A stretch of DNA of 62,727 nt, filler included, from Kipferlia bialata (Eukaryota): assembly GCA_003568945.1 (NCBI GenBank). It is 4 parts of 4 records of this genome, joined end to end, with 100 filler letters (N's around TTAATTAATTAA, not from the genome) between each part and the next. Parts side by side here need not be neighbours in the genome. Positions count along the whole stretch, not along the records: positions 1 to 24,700 come from BDIP01000220.1; positions 24,801 to 49,447 come from BDIP01000221.1; 2 more parts are not named here. One strand, written 5' to 3'. A program made the position numbers and the translations under genes. Under the pieces are notes generated by a model that did no database searches, was not told where the DNA came from, and saw nothing but the letters and a program-made list of their open reading frames with translations. Of this stretch, positions 12,540 to 25,429 are shown in pieces; the first letter of the stretch is position 1; each line of letters starts with the position of its first letter.

Positions 12540-13381
12540 TCACTGTGCTGGGTGCACCCAGTGCTTGCCCTTGGTGGCGCCACCGGGGGCGTCGATGGCC
12601 TCATCTCTCTGGTACTGGGCGCCGGACCTCGTGGACTCGTGGTGCCTGTGGTGAGTGGGGACCCTATACATTATGTAGAGACTATACATATAGTAACACT
12701 CCCCCGGTAGATATATGGTCACACTGTGACCGTCACAGTATTTTGGGGTATAAGATAGAAGTAATTGTGTATGTCTTGACTCTACCTGCTGTCCCCTGTG
12801 CCAGTGTACATGTTGAGCTCGTAGTATAGATTGTGGCTGGTGCAAATGAAGTTCTTGAAGGAGTTGGCCCTGCGGTACCCAGAGGTTGATGGCACAGTCT
12901 CGAACCCAGACCCGGTGTATCTGTGTGAGAGGGACGGTACTGCTAGTACTCGTCTCATAGTATGAGTCATACTCGAGTTTTTGGAATGGATCCTACCTGT
13001 AGCATGTGGTGGAGACTACAGGTCCGAAGTTCTGCTGCTTGACAGCCTGGGGAATAGAAGACGATATGACGAACAGTACACTTACACGTACAAAGAATGA
13101 ACCAGACTGCGCCGTGTAACACGGCGTGCTACCTGCACGAGGAAGTCACCTAGGCCGGTAGGTACGGCATCACCACGCTCAAAGGCGAGGAAGGCATTAA
13201 ACTTGCCTGATGTGAGACAAGGCAGAACTGGTTAGTGTCACACATGAGAATTACACAGAGAGGTTAGTGGTGTAGTCATATGTAATGGATGGCTCGTATT
13301 CTCGTAGCACACACCTTCATAGTCCGTGCGACGTGGCTTGTAAGCACGGACCGAAGAGCAGCAGAGAACACAGTGGGACAT
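12540..13381 (-). CDS. Hypothetical protein, about 145 aa, 5 exons
   Basis: Spliced MSHCVLCCSSVRAYKPRRTDYEGKFNAFLAFERGDAVPTGLGDFLVQAVKQQNFGPVVSTTCYRYTGSGFETVPSTSGYRRANSFKNFICTSHNLYYELNMYTGTGDSRHHE...GKHWVHPAQ*. Phases are consistent; no family recognised. Confidence 0.6.
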
Positions 13382-14669
13382 AGTTGTCACTGAGACTGGA
13401 AGAGAGTGACGATGGATAGAATTCCCCCAGCGAGAGATCATGGGAGGGGCTGCGAACTCCGCAAATTGTTAGCGAGTCTCATTTTTCCCCTCAGAGAGAC
13501 TACTATACCTGCCTGATTAAGTCTTCGCGAAACCAAGAAGACATCCTACAAAACGAGTAGAATGAAAACTTGCCGAAAATAGTCGGAGAGAAGTTCTCTC
13601 TGAGAGAGAACAGTCCTATCATAGATCTTGTATTAGGAACACGCATTTCGAAAGTAAGAATTGCTGTGGTCGCTGTGGCTGCGTATCGCAGCCTGCAATA
13701 CACACCGACTGCTCCACATGTCCGTGGGTCCTTAGTCTGCTAAATTGTGCTGAACCATCTGTACTTGGGGGTTGTACAGTACAACTTGTACCAAGTGATA
13801 GTATCAATCAGTACCGTAAGATACCCTTCTGGCCCAGAAGTTCTGGGTGAATCTCTCTCTATACAGCTAACTTCCAATCATCCACAGTGGAGTATCCAGT
13901 GTATACTCCTTGACCAGCGATCCCTGTACTGCGTTGAGAGAGTTCAGGTTCTCTGCCTTGCAACTCCTAGGCTTGGAGTACGAGAGAGAGAGATTATTGT
14001 GTCTGGAGTGAGGCAATGTAATAATTGTATGGCAAAGACACAGTGCTCAGGAGGCGACTGTAATAGAGATATTTAACTGTGTCCTGGTCACCTGTATCAT
14101 ATTGGCTCCACGTAATTTTCATTGTTACCACGTGTTTTACTAAGACTTTTAGCTGGCATCACGTCAGATGCATATATTCGCATCGTGTCAGTGTCATCGT
14201 ATCCAACATATTGTTGGACCAACAATAGCCTTGTTACAAGTTGTGACTTGCAATGTCGTTGAACATGACTCGGGACACTGTGTTTCTGTTTCTGTTTCTG
14301 TTTCTGTTCGGCAATGGTAAAGCCTCCACCGTAGAGTGTATAGATACTAGATGGATATATGAGTGGGCTGTCCTTGAATATACATTGGTCAGCGTACGTA
14401 TACACTTGAAATGGGTATAAGAGAGTGATTGATGGATTGGTGACTCAGGAAAAACAATAGCAACATACTACGGATTCATCCATTTCATTCCAACATATCC
14501 GCAACACCCCATCTTCCTTGGTATTGGGTTATAATCATCCACACTTGAGTGGCACAGTGTCACACACCCCATCTCACTCACTCACACACACTCACACACT
14601 CACTCACACCACCTCTTCCCTTTAGCCTGCCACAGCGACAAGCATACATCTCTCTCTCTCTCTCTACCT

Positions 14670-17506
14670 TTACCCTATGACAGCCACTAAGGTGGTTGCC
14701 ACCACGTCTGTGCCCTGTCCCACCCCTAGCTCAGACACCACTCCGTCAGTGGGGGCGGAGATGGAGACCTGGAGGGTGAGGTGTGTAGGGTGCGAGAGAA
14801 AACAAGAATACCATGTAAAAGTTGACCACGTCTCTTTACATGCACACACGTGTTCAGCTTTATCTTTTGGCCCCTCGACATGCACACCCTATGGGATGTA
14901 TATAACACCAATTTCTACTATACAATCATTACTCCATCTTCATATTCTATATATATTCATATATACATATACATACCTTAATCTTTGGCCCCTCGACTCT
15001 GACCAGCGCATACCCTATGTATATAACATATATCTCTACACCAATCCTTAATATATATATATACATACATATTTATACCTTGATCTTTGGCCTCTCGACA
15101 CTGACCAGGGCATACACTATGTTTATAACATATATCTCTACACCAATCCTTAATTTATATATACATACATATTTATACCTTGATCTTTGGCCCCTCGACA
15201 CTGACCAGGGCATCTCCCTTCCTAACCCTCTGGCCCTGGGTCACATGCAGCTCAGTCACAGTGCCTGGGGGTTACGGTTGTATATACACAATAATATATA
15301 TACTAACAGCAGGAAACTAAGACTCTAGTGTATATCCATGTAGACATGCAGCTCAGTCACAGCGCCTGGGGGTGAGGGATACTATTCACCATATATACTA
15401 CTGACTACAAGGCCTATAACACAGCGTGAAAATGAGACTCATATGTATACACACGTAGCTCAGTCACAGTGCCTGGGGGTCAGGGTATTGACTTCATATG
15501 TACTATCATAGAGTAATATACACACATACACTTACACAGACATATAGATGTACAGGATACATCCCACCTGACACTGTAGCAGGGATGTCCCCCTTCTTGG
15601 CGGGGTCTGCATTGGGCAAGGGGCATGATGTGACAGGTGGCTCAGGCTCAGTCACCCTGGTGCTGTATGTAGTAGACGCACCATCTGCACCTGCATATGC
15701 CACAGTCACCGCCCTGTCACCCTGTATACTCACACCAGTCACTCTGATACACTCCAGGGTGGCTGGAGTGTCACTCTCCCTCAGGCACAGCAGGGGGGTG
15801 GAGTCACCAGGACGCAGGCCAAACCTGGGGTGAGTCATGCTTAACAAACAATATGGAGTGTCCATGTATGTATAAGTGCATACCTGAACACCGGGCATGG
15901 CAGTCTGGTTGTGTCCACCCCGTACTTGGAGACATGGGTCAGGTAGTCATCGTAGACCTGGGGTCAGAGGTGTATATACATACATGTACATGTATGTTTA
16001 GACAGTATATATACTCTAGACATGGGTCAGGTAGTCATCATAGACCCGATGAACATGGTTACAGGTGCATAATTGTATGTAGTAATGTATAATGGAAGCT
16101 ATTGACACGTATTATGCTTGGATAGAAGTCGTACCTGCTTGTACAAGAGACTGCTGAGCACGTCTGTGTCTCTGACCTCGCTCTCTATGCCCTTGTCACT
16201 GAACACTTCTACCAGTCTCTCTCTCTCTGCCCCCATGTCAGCAGGGGGCAGCATGTCACCTGGCCTCACATAGGGGGGGACGCTGTCTAGTGTTAGTATA
16301 TACATGGATGTAATGCATACATACATGCATACTTATGATGAGGGGAGGATGTAACCCGGTCTGACATAGGGGTGGGGGCAGAGTCTGGGGTGACACAACT
16401 ATTTACATTATAATACAAGTATATACACCTATCTTGAGCACCCTCTTGCACACCGCACTGGGCAGTCCATGGTGGGGCATGCCTAGCTTGCCACCAAAGA
16501 GGTTGCTGGGGTTAAGGACGGTGCAAAACACACGCTGATACAAGTAATTAGTCTGTCTCTCTCAATATATATATACTATATACATATATATATACTCACC
16601 GCACTGATAGGGGGAAGTCTATACAGACTGACTCATCCAGTATGTCCTCTGGGGACAGACCACTGGAGACTAGGAGGAGGGCCATGTCACCCACAACCTT
16701 GGAAGAAGGAGTAACCTTAGGGTCAGTTGGAGCATATATACAAATAGAGAGAGAGAAAAGAGCACCAATGCCACAGAATCCTCAATCACTGGAGAAGGGG
16801 GTGACCCGGAGAAGACGCTCGTAAAAGAAATCCACACAGCGACACCATGAGAACAGCATATGTACACTCATTTGGACACTATATCAGCTCTATATAGGGT
16901 CTCTCTTTATAGCATTACCTTGATGAGGTTGCCGAACACCCTATTGACACCGGCATAGACCTGGGGGTGAGGGTATACAATAGAGTATTCTTTGAGGGGA
17001 AATGAACACTCAACATACACATAGCATGCATCATTCCACACCTCCAGCAACATAACCATCTGTTGAGTGTTGGCATGTGTGTAGATGAATATATATATAT
17101 ACCTCCAACAGCCTGTCCCATCTGTTGAGCATCCCCAGTCCCTTGCACTGCTGATAGAGGTTGGAGTACTGGCCTCCAGGGATCTGGAGTAAGGCGGGTG
17201 AGTATATACATATACTATACATTGAATTTACACGTCTCTGAGTGTTGACATAAACGATACACATATTACCTGATGCTGGTACACATTGGCACTTGGTGCC
17301 ATGATGCCTGACTCAGTGTCAGAGTAGACAGCACGCACACCACGCCAGTAGCTGAGAGGTGAGGAAGGGCTAGGTGTACTCACACATAGATGCATATAGT
17401 GTGTGTTGACACATACATACCTGTCATATGCCTCCAGCACCGTGGGGTCTATGCAGGTGAAGTGGGGGGTGCCAGACAGAGAGTGCAGCAGGGACTGGGG
17501 TTAGAC

Positions 17507-17538
<32 letters not shown>

Positions 17539-17968
17539 TGCAGCAGGGACTGGGGTTAGGTGTATATATGTATACATATGGTCATATATATACATTGAGG
17601 GTGTGTGTCAGACAGAGAGTGCAGCAGGGACTGGGGTGAGGAAGAACAAATATATAAACAATTAGTTGTATCTGTATATGTACTACCTGCATCGGTGGCT
17701 GGCTGGTGAGTCCCGACAGAGCACATGTGGCCACATCCACCACTGCACACCCGGCATCGACCATGGCTACACAGGTGACAAGGGCTGACCCGCCTGTACT
17801 GATGTTAGAGAGAGAGAGAGAGAGAGAGACAGGTGACAAGGGCTGACCCGCCTGTGCTAGACGTAAGCAGATAGTATTTACATACATACATGGTATATAT
17901 AAGTGTATATACTGGCAGTGCATAATAGAGACACAGGTGACAAGGGCTGACCCGCCTGTACTAACTGT

Positions 17969-18000
<32 letters not shown>

Positions 18001-19442
18001 CACAGGTGACAAGGGCAGAGCCTCCAGTGCTGATGTTAAGTTATATATATGATATATATATGTGTATATACTAGTAGTGCATCATGGACACACACGTCAC
18101 AAGGGCTGACCCGACTGTACTAGACGTAAGTAGTTAGTATATATTCATGGTCATGTGTACAGGGAGAGCGATGACAATGTCAATAGACATAACACATATG
18201 CCCTACCTGTGCGTGTGGAAGTGCACTGGCAGCCTTGTCTATACGATTGACTACAAAGAAGTTCATACAGAGGATATGCAAGCAGAGGGAACAAGCATTG
18301 CAGAGATACATGCCTGTGTGATGCACTACTTGTATATATACATATAGATCCGTATGTGCACCTGTGTGTGTGGAAGTGCACTGGCAGCCCTGTCTCCTGT
18401 CTGATACACTGTACAAGAGGCACAGCCATCTGGGGCTTGACAAGGCCCGCCATGTCCTTGATGGCTGATGTTAAATGCATATACATAATGGTACATATAC
18501 TGCAGTATATATACATATACTCCTACAGTGATACATGTATAGTATATGTATCTGGGGCTTGACTAGACCGGCCATGTCCTTGATGGCTGGGGGTCAGCCT
18601 GAATACATGTTTCTCGTAAATACACATATATGAGTATATATGCGTAAACCAGGATAATATAGACCGGCCGGGTCCTTGATGGCTGGGGGGATAGGTGTGA
18701 TGGTAGATACACTGGGATAAATGCATTGAATACCTATGATATGTGCCCCAGCCTCCTTGGCCTCCCTGGCCCTGTCTCTGTAGTAGTCCAGGGTGTAGAT
18801 GGTCTCAGCCTCACTCAGGAAGTCTCCACTGAAGCAGAGGCACACCTCGGCAACCTGGGGTCAGGTATACATAGATGTTTACATACAAAAAAGACAGAGA
18901 CAGAAAGAGAACGACTGACTAGTTAATAGACGTACATTGTCACACATTCTGAATAGTATATACAGGTAATAGTATATGTACCCACCTTGTTGCACTCTCT
19001 GACTGCGTCTATGGCCATATCACTACACCACCGTTCCACATATGAATGTAGTTATATATATATATATCTATTAAATATATCAGACACAATAGTATATATC
19101 TACATATATACCTTGTTGCACTCTCTGACTGCGTCTATGGCCACTCTCATCTGGTCAATCTTGTTGAAGGCATCGAAGATCCTGGGAGTTAAAGGAACGA
19201 TATTAGTATATATATTGGTAGAATGATAGAAACTATGGGAGACATACGACATTTGGTTGATATATAGTGTACCTCAACACATCAACGCCCTGGCTGCCAA
19301 TGTGACAAACTCACGGTTACATATTCTTAACATCATTGTACAATACAATACATCAATATGTATAGATTACCTGAATACATCTATGCCCTCCCTGGCTGCC
19401 ACCTTGACAAACTCATGGATGACATTGTCAGGGTAGCCTGGG

Positions 19443-19485
<43 letters not shown>

Positions 19486-22400
19486 AGGCCAAGACATATA
19501 GAGAGGGAGAGAGACACTCATGGATGACATTGTCGGGGTAGCCTGGGTGTGAGAGAGGGAGGGAGGGAGAGAGAGAGAGATACTCGTGGGTGAGTGACTA
19601 TAGACATGTAAACACATATAGTACCTGTGTACCCCACTGCATAGTCTATAGTTACATATATACATATTAATGTATCCATACATACATATACCTGTGTACC
19701 CCACTGCATTGCTGCCTCTGAACAGCATCTGCAGACAGGTGTCTGGCAGGGCCTGGGGGTGGGGGTCGAGATGCGATGGGTAATGATGACAATGACCATT
19801 AGCAGTACAGTGCTACACTGTGCCCAAAACACACACTCCCCTCGAGTCCAGTGTTGACACATATATACCAGAAAACACCAGACACACCTTCCTCAGCACC
19901 CTCAGTCTCTCCCAGGGGCTCTCCTTGAGGAACCTGGGGTGAGTACAATGAAAGCATTGATAGTATCACACAGAGAAGCTTGCTAAAGTACCACAATCCG
20001 AATGCCATTCATGTATTCCACCCACCTCATTGTCACAAACCATCCGAGTGTACCATATATATCTAAAACTTACCTCATTGACACATCAAATATATACATC
20101 AACACCCATAGTGACACACATTTATGACCACCAACGATCAAGTACATAGTACATATGCATTCACCCACCTCATTGACACATCAAATGTGGCCCCACCCCA
20201 GCACTCCACGCTGAACAGAGAGGGGGAGGCAGAGACCTGGGGGTCAGGGGTTTTACTAATACATTCAAATACAAAGGGAGATTGATGAGAGATAGAGGTG
20301 AGAGAGGGGGAGGCAGAGACCTGGGGGTGAGGGGACGGTTGACATACTAGTACATGCATCCAAATACATAGAGTGTTGGATGAAATATATAGAGGTGGAG
20401 AGGATGAAGGTATGTATGTAACTCACCCCGGCGTCTCTCAGGTGGACTGCTCCACCGTAGAGCTCAGCGGTCCTGATCCTGGGGTCATATAGGAAGAGTA
20501 GATGCAGTACCTATATATAGAGAGAGAGAGAAACACTATATACACGGATCACATACGAGTACGTATAACAATATTACATAGCAGCCAATAGGTACTGTCA
20601 TACTCCAAATAGCACTAGGCCTAGTACACATTATTGTCTTTACCTTGTAGCCACAAGTGACTGATGGGCGTCTCTGAAGTCCGTTGTTGTGATGCCCACC
20701 CGCCCTGCCTCTGCCTCTACAGACAGCCACTTGGACAGTGCCTCGGGTCCATCCCTATCCAGCACCCGCTTGGCATTGTCGGGTGTAGCATCAATACTAG
20801 AGGTAGTAGGGGCAGTAGGGGCAGTAGATGGACTCTCTCCCTGCTGCTCAGAGACGTGTCTGTACACACTGGGTGGGTATGATGGTGTGGGGTGGGCAGA
20901 GTCTCTCCTGTATGCTGACCCCAGTGCCACTGTCTGTGCCGCTATGTAGTCTGTCAGGGGCAGGCTAGGGGGTGTGGGCCTAGTCTTGGGGGCAGAGGGT
21001 GTGTCTGCGCACTCTCCCCTACTCTGTCTGAGCCTAATGACCTCACCTCTCTCTCTCTCCCCTCCCTGGTATGTCCCATACTCACCCAGGGCATTGAACC
21101 TGTCCCACCTATCCTGGCGCACTCTCTCTCCCTCTCTCCCTCTGTCTCCCTCCCCCACCGCTGCTATATCCCCCAGCATGCAGTGTAGGAAGGAGAGCAC
21201 TCTGGATACTAGGACAGGGCACTCACCCCAGGGTTCCCTCTCCCCATCCACACTCTCACTCACCACCCTGTCTACCACACCCAGCTCCAGCAACTGCTCT
21301 GGGTATGCATGCTGCAGTGCCGCCAGAGCTGTGCAGTCAGCATGGTCCACACCCATCTCATGCCGCACCACAGGCTCCCCCCGCTGTCTTCTCTGTCTGT
21401 CCAGCTTGGACTGCATGATGGAAGCTGCGCCCTCTGGAGTGATAACCGAGTAGAAGGCACCGCTCAGGATACCTACGCGGTTGGCACCGGCTATAGCCAG
21501 GGCACCTGGGGGTTAGGGTATATAGCGAACACATAGTACATGACTACGCTTTACGTACCTCCGCTCCCCCCCTCCCCCACTACCAGTGACACCACAGGTA
21601 CAGTGAGGGTCTGGTAGTAGCAGAGACATGCTGCGATGTGTCTGGCTTGGCCCTATAGGGTGAGTCTCAACCCAATAGGAGTATCTACACGATACACATA
21701 TGTCACGTACCGTAGCCTCTGCGTAGAATGAGGGCAGGACTCTCTCTCTCGCTCTATATATACATATACAAAAATATGTACTGATAATACACGTACCGTA
21801 GCCTCTGCCTCGAATGAGGGCAATGCCCCGGCTGTGTCTACAAAGGTCAGCAGGGGGAGACGGAGCCTCTCGGCCAGCTTAGCTGCCCTAGGGTGAGAGA
21901 GACTGTATATATATATATCATATCGAGGGGGGCAACTTATGTACAATCAGTAACTCAGGGCCAAACTGAACCTAGTATTGATAAGGCATCTACAGATACA
22001 TATGCTTGAGTATGTACACAAATACATACATAGTCAAACAAACCTCAGAGCCAGACTGAACCCAGCAGGCAGGCCACACCCGTACTCTCTCTCAGAGGCC
22101 TGTTCAACAGAGTGGCCTGGGGTTAAGGCAGGTATCCACATGCACACAGTATCACATAAATTACCATACACATATATATACGCCTAGATATGGTATCATG
22201 AGCCTGTTCAACAGAGTAGCCTTGAGGTTAAGTAACACATAGTCTGAGTTACACACATGCACGTATACATCTACATCTGCCGTACCCTTGTGGTGGTATG
22301 TGACTATGCATGGGAGTGCCACACCCCCTGGGGCACCTGGCAGCATAGCTAGACCTGCCCTGATGAGGCGGTTCTTGCCAGCAGCACCGCCACCTGGGGT

Positions 22401-24623
22401 AAGGATCTATAAATACATATATAGGGATGGAGAGAGAGAAATACAGTGATCTGACCAGGCTCCTCTTGCCAGCCCTCAAAGTAAGGATACTTATATGTAC
22501 ATATACACATGCACGCATATACCCCTTATATATGTATATGTGTATATATGTACCACAAATTACCCGGTACCACTAATCTCCACAACGTGCTCTCCAAAGA
22601 TACATTGAAATTAAATGATATGTACTACTATATGAGAATACATACATACACCAACATATGATGATACAGTGTACCGTACCACTGATCTCCACAAAGTGCT
22701 GTCCAAAGAGTTGGTGCACGATGTCCTGGGGCTGCACCCTGTCCAGGGACCTGATATTGGATATATGTATGTATGTATATAGGAATAGATATACATATAT
22801 ATGAATTATTGAGCATGCTATAACAGTGTAATGTCCTGGGGCTGCACCCTGTCTAGGGACCTGACGTTAGGTACATGAATGTAGATATACTACTATATAT
22901 AGATGTAGTAACTATTATGATATTATATATAATAATAACTATTATATTATACATGTCCTGGGGCTGCACCCTGTCCAGGGACCTAGGGGGTGAGTGGCAT
23001 TAATGTAAGTATATATATAGGAATAGATAGACATATCGTATATATGTATTTTAGGACATGCTATATTAGTATGTCCTGGGGCACTCTGTCAAGGGACCTG
23101 ACGTTAGAGGGGGTGAGTGGCATATAGAGAGAGATAGTGCCTCCAAGTCGACCTCTACAGGGGAATGATACTTGCGATGAATATATATATTTGTACCTAG
23201 TCTCTGTATAGTCTGGTCTAGCCTCTGTGTCTGTCTCCTCTGGGCCAGGGGATGCCTCGCTCTCTAGGTCAGTCTGGCCTGGGGTTAGGGTGAGTGAATA
23301 TGTATTGTATCTGAAGTACACAATATGCATAAATACAGGAAATATTTGGTTACCTGTCTCACTCACATGATAAGTGAGTTCGAACTAGTATATATAGTAT
23401 GTTTATATACTCTACCTGACGAGGTGTCTGTCTCCGGCATCCCCATTGGGTCAGGAGAGGACAGAGAGGACACACTAAGTGCAGGGTCGGCACCCTGCCT
23501 CTCCCTCTCCTCTCTCTCTCTCTCCCTCTGTGCAGCATATGCCATCTCCCCCACCCTCTCTGCCATGTCCATGTCCAGGCCTAGCCGGCCTATGCCGGCG
23601 GCAGTGTCAATAGGACCGCCTGGGTATTAGGCTATAATCACCATCATATCCACGTATATATACTAGTCTGCCTCTTCTGCAGCACTGTCTACCACTCCAC
23701 TAGTCGTGAGGGTATATACTGTCCATACTATACTGCGTATGTATACTTATCAGTCGGGATATGCCAGTGGCACTGTCAATAGAGCCACCATGTGTATGTT
23801 CACTTATGCAGATGGAGTGCCATTCAGTGTCACCCACCTCTGCTGGCCAGGGCCTCTGCCTCCACTCTCTCCCTCTCTCTCTCTCCCTCGTGCACACCAG
23901 CCTTGCCTGGAGGGGTTAGAGACAGGGGGCATATATGCACAATTGTCTACACACATTGCTATGGATCCCTGTCTTATGTGGTCAGGATCTATCACCTGTA
24001 CACACACCAACAACTATATACAGACTAATACATCTGTATACAACCTAATATGAAGAAGAGACCTGGAGGGGTTAGAGGCAGTGAATACGAATATACACGT
24101 GAGTAAGTGTAAGTGTTTGCAAACAAAGATGTATAGAAGTATTGTCAATAATACCACCACTGTTACTGATCCCTACAGATGTGCTACCTGCTACAATGCC
24201 AGTATCCGGATCATATAAATGCATATGTACTTGTACTTGTAGGTATAGTACAATCTTACCTGCCACTATGGCCAGTATGTGTGCCACGAGTGCCTCTGCC
24301 TCAGGGTATGTGTCACACACACAGTCACAGTGGCCATTCTCATACAGGAACTGGCCTGGGGTCAGTGTGTACTAGGCATATATCAATTAGTATATAAACA
24401 TATACACAAACACCTAACTACATACACAAACACCTAATATACACTAGTTATATGTGTACATCTTTTCATTACTACATTCCAGTCAACCAGGACTACTATC
24501 GAGCGAGCCCACCCTATGACATACAATGTATATAAGTATACGTTCAAAAACAACATACCTGTCTGGAATGCCTCCGGTGTCTCTCTGTCATACACACTGG
24601 CAGACCCACGGCACATGGTGTTC
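14670..24623 (-). CDS. Acetyl-CoA carboxylase carboxyltransferase (AccD/AccA) / pyruvate carboxyltransferase / biotin-carrier fusion (Giardia-type transcarboxylase), 5'-partial
   Basis: Motifs in order: AccD tail ETPEAFQTGQFLYENGHCD; AccA motifs LAERLRLPLLTFVDTAGALP and VVGEGGSGGALAI...FYSVITPEGAASIM; pyruvate carboxyltransferase motifs RDAHQSL, WGGATFD, QMLFRGSNAVGY, IKDMAG, HFHTH, IPGGQYSNL, IKVTPSSKVVGD; C-terminal biotinyl/lipoyl domain. Confidence 0.9.
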
Positions 24624-24649
24624 CTGGGGGTTAATACATAGACAAATAT

Positions 24650-24700
<51 letters not shown>

Positions 24701-24800
24701 NNNNNNNNNNNNNNNNNNNNNNNNNNNNNNNNNNNNNNNNNNNNTTAATTAATTAANNNNNNNNNNNNNNNNNNNNNNNNNNNNNNNNNNNNNNNNNNNN
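24701..24800. other. Artificial contig linker N44-TTAATTAATTAA-N44
   Basis: Six-frame stop cassette centred in Ns, identical at three sites. Confidence 0.97.
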
Positions 24801-25067
24801 AGAGAGAGAGAGAGGGAAAGGGGGGGGGGGGGGCATATATAATATCTAGAGCGGGGAGGTATAAAGAATGACTCTACCTTGGGCCAGCCTTTGTGACTAT
24901 GGATGGGTCAATTTCCAGTGACTATGACAAATAAGAATATATATATATATATATTGATATCCATATATTGCATTGCAATACCTTGGGTCAGCCTTTGTGA
25001 CTATGGATGAGTCAGTGTCCAGCGACTATATTACATATATATATATATGCACAACACACTACTATAC

Positions 25068-25360
25068 CTTGGGTCAGCCTTTGTGACTATGCTGGGGTCG
25101 ATGTCCAGTCCGATGGGCTTGACAGCTGCCCTGTTGCGGTGGGTCCGGCCAACAAGTCTAGGGGTTAGAGACAATATAATCAAATATCAATTACTAATAC
25201 ATACTCTAATACATACTCTCTCTGGTGATCTATATATCTATTTATCTATATATACATTACCTTGGCCTGTCACTGAGCACATAGTCCAGGTGCTCCACTG
25301 CACCCTGGCCCACAACAGTGCCCTGGGGTAAGGGAATTTATATATATATATATATACATG

Positions 25361-25391
<31 letters not shown>

Positions 25392-25396
25392 CTATG

Positions 25397-25429
<33 letters not shown>

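Noticed and set aside
13560..14600. ORFs 13747-14076 and 14097-14405 and a (TTTCTG)n tract
   Set aside because: No splice-consistent model, codon bias or motif; treated as intergenic.
3625..24623. Carbonic anhydrase plus carboxylase as a metabolic gene cluster
   Set aside because: They are about 10 kb apart with two suspected misjoins between them, and a transcarboxylase would not need bicarbonate.
24701..24800. Palindromic TTAATTAATTAA, also at 49492 and 58688
   Set aside because: Synthetic six-frame stop linker inside N padding; adjacency across it carries no information.
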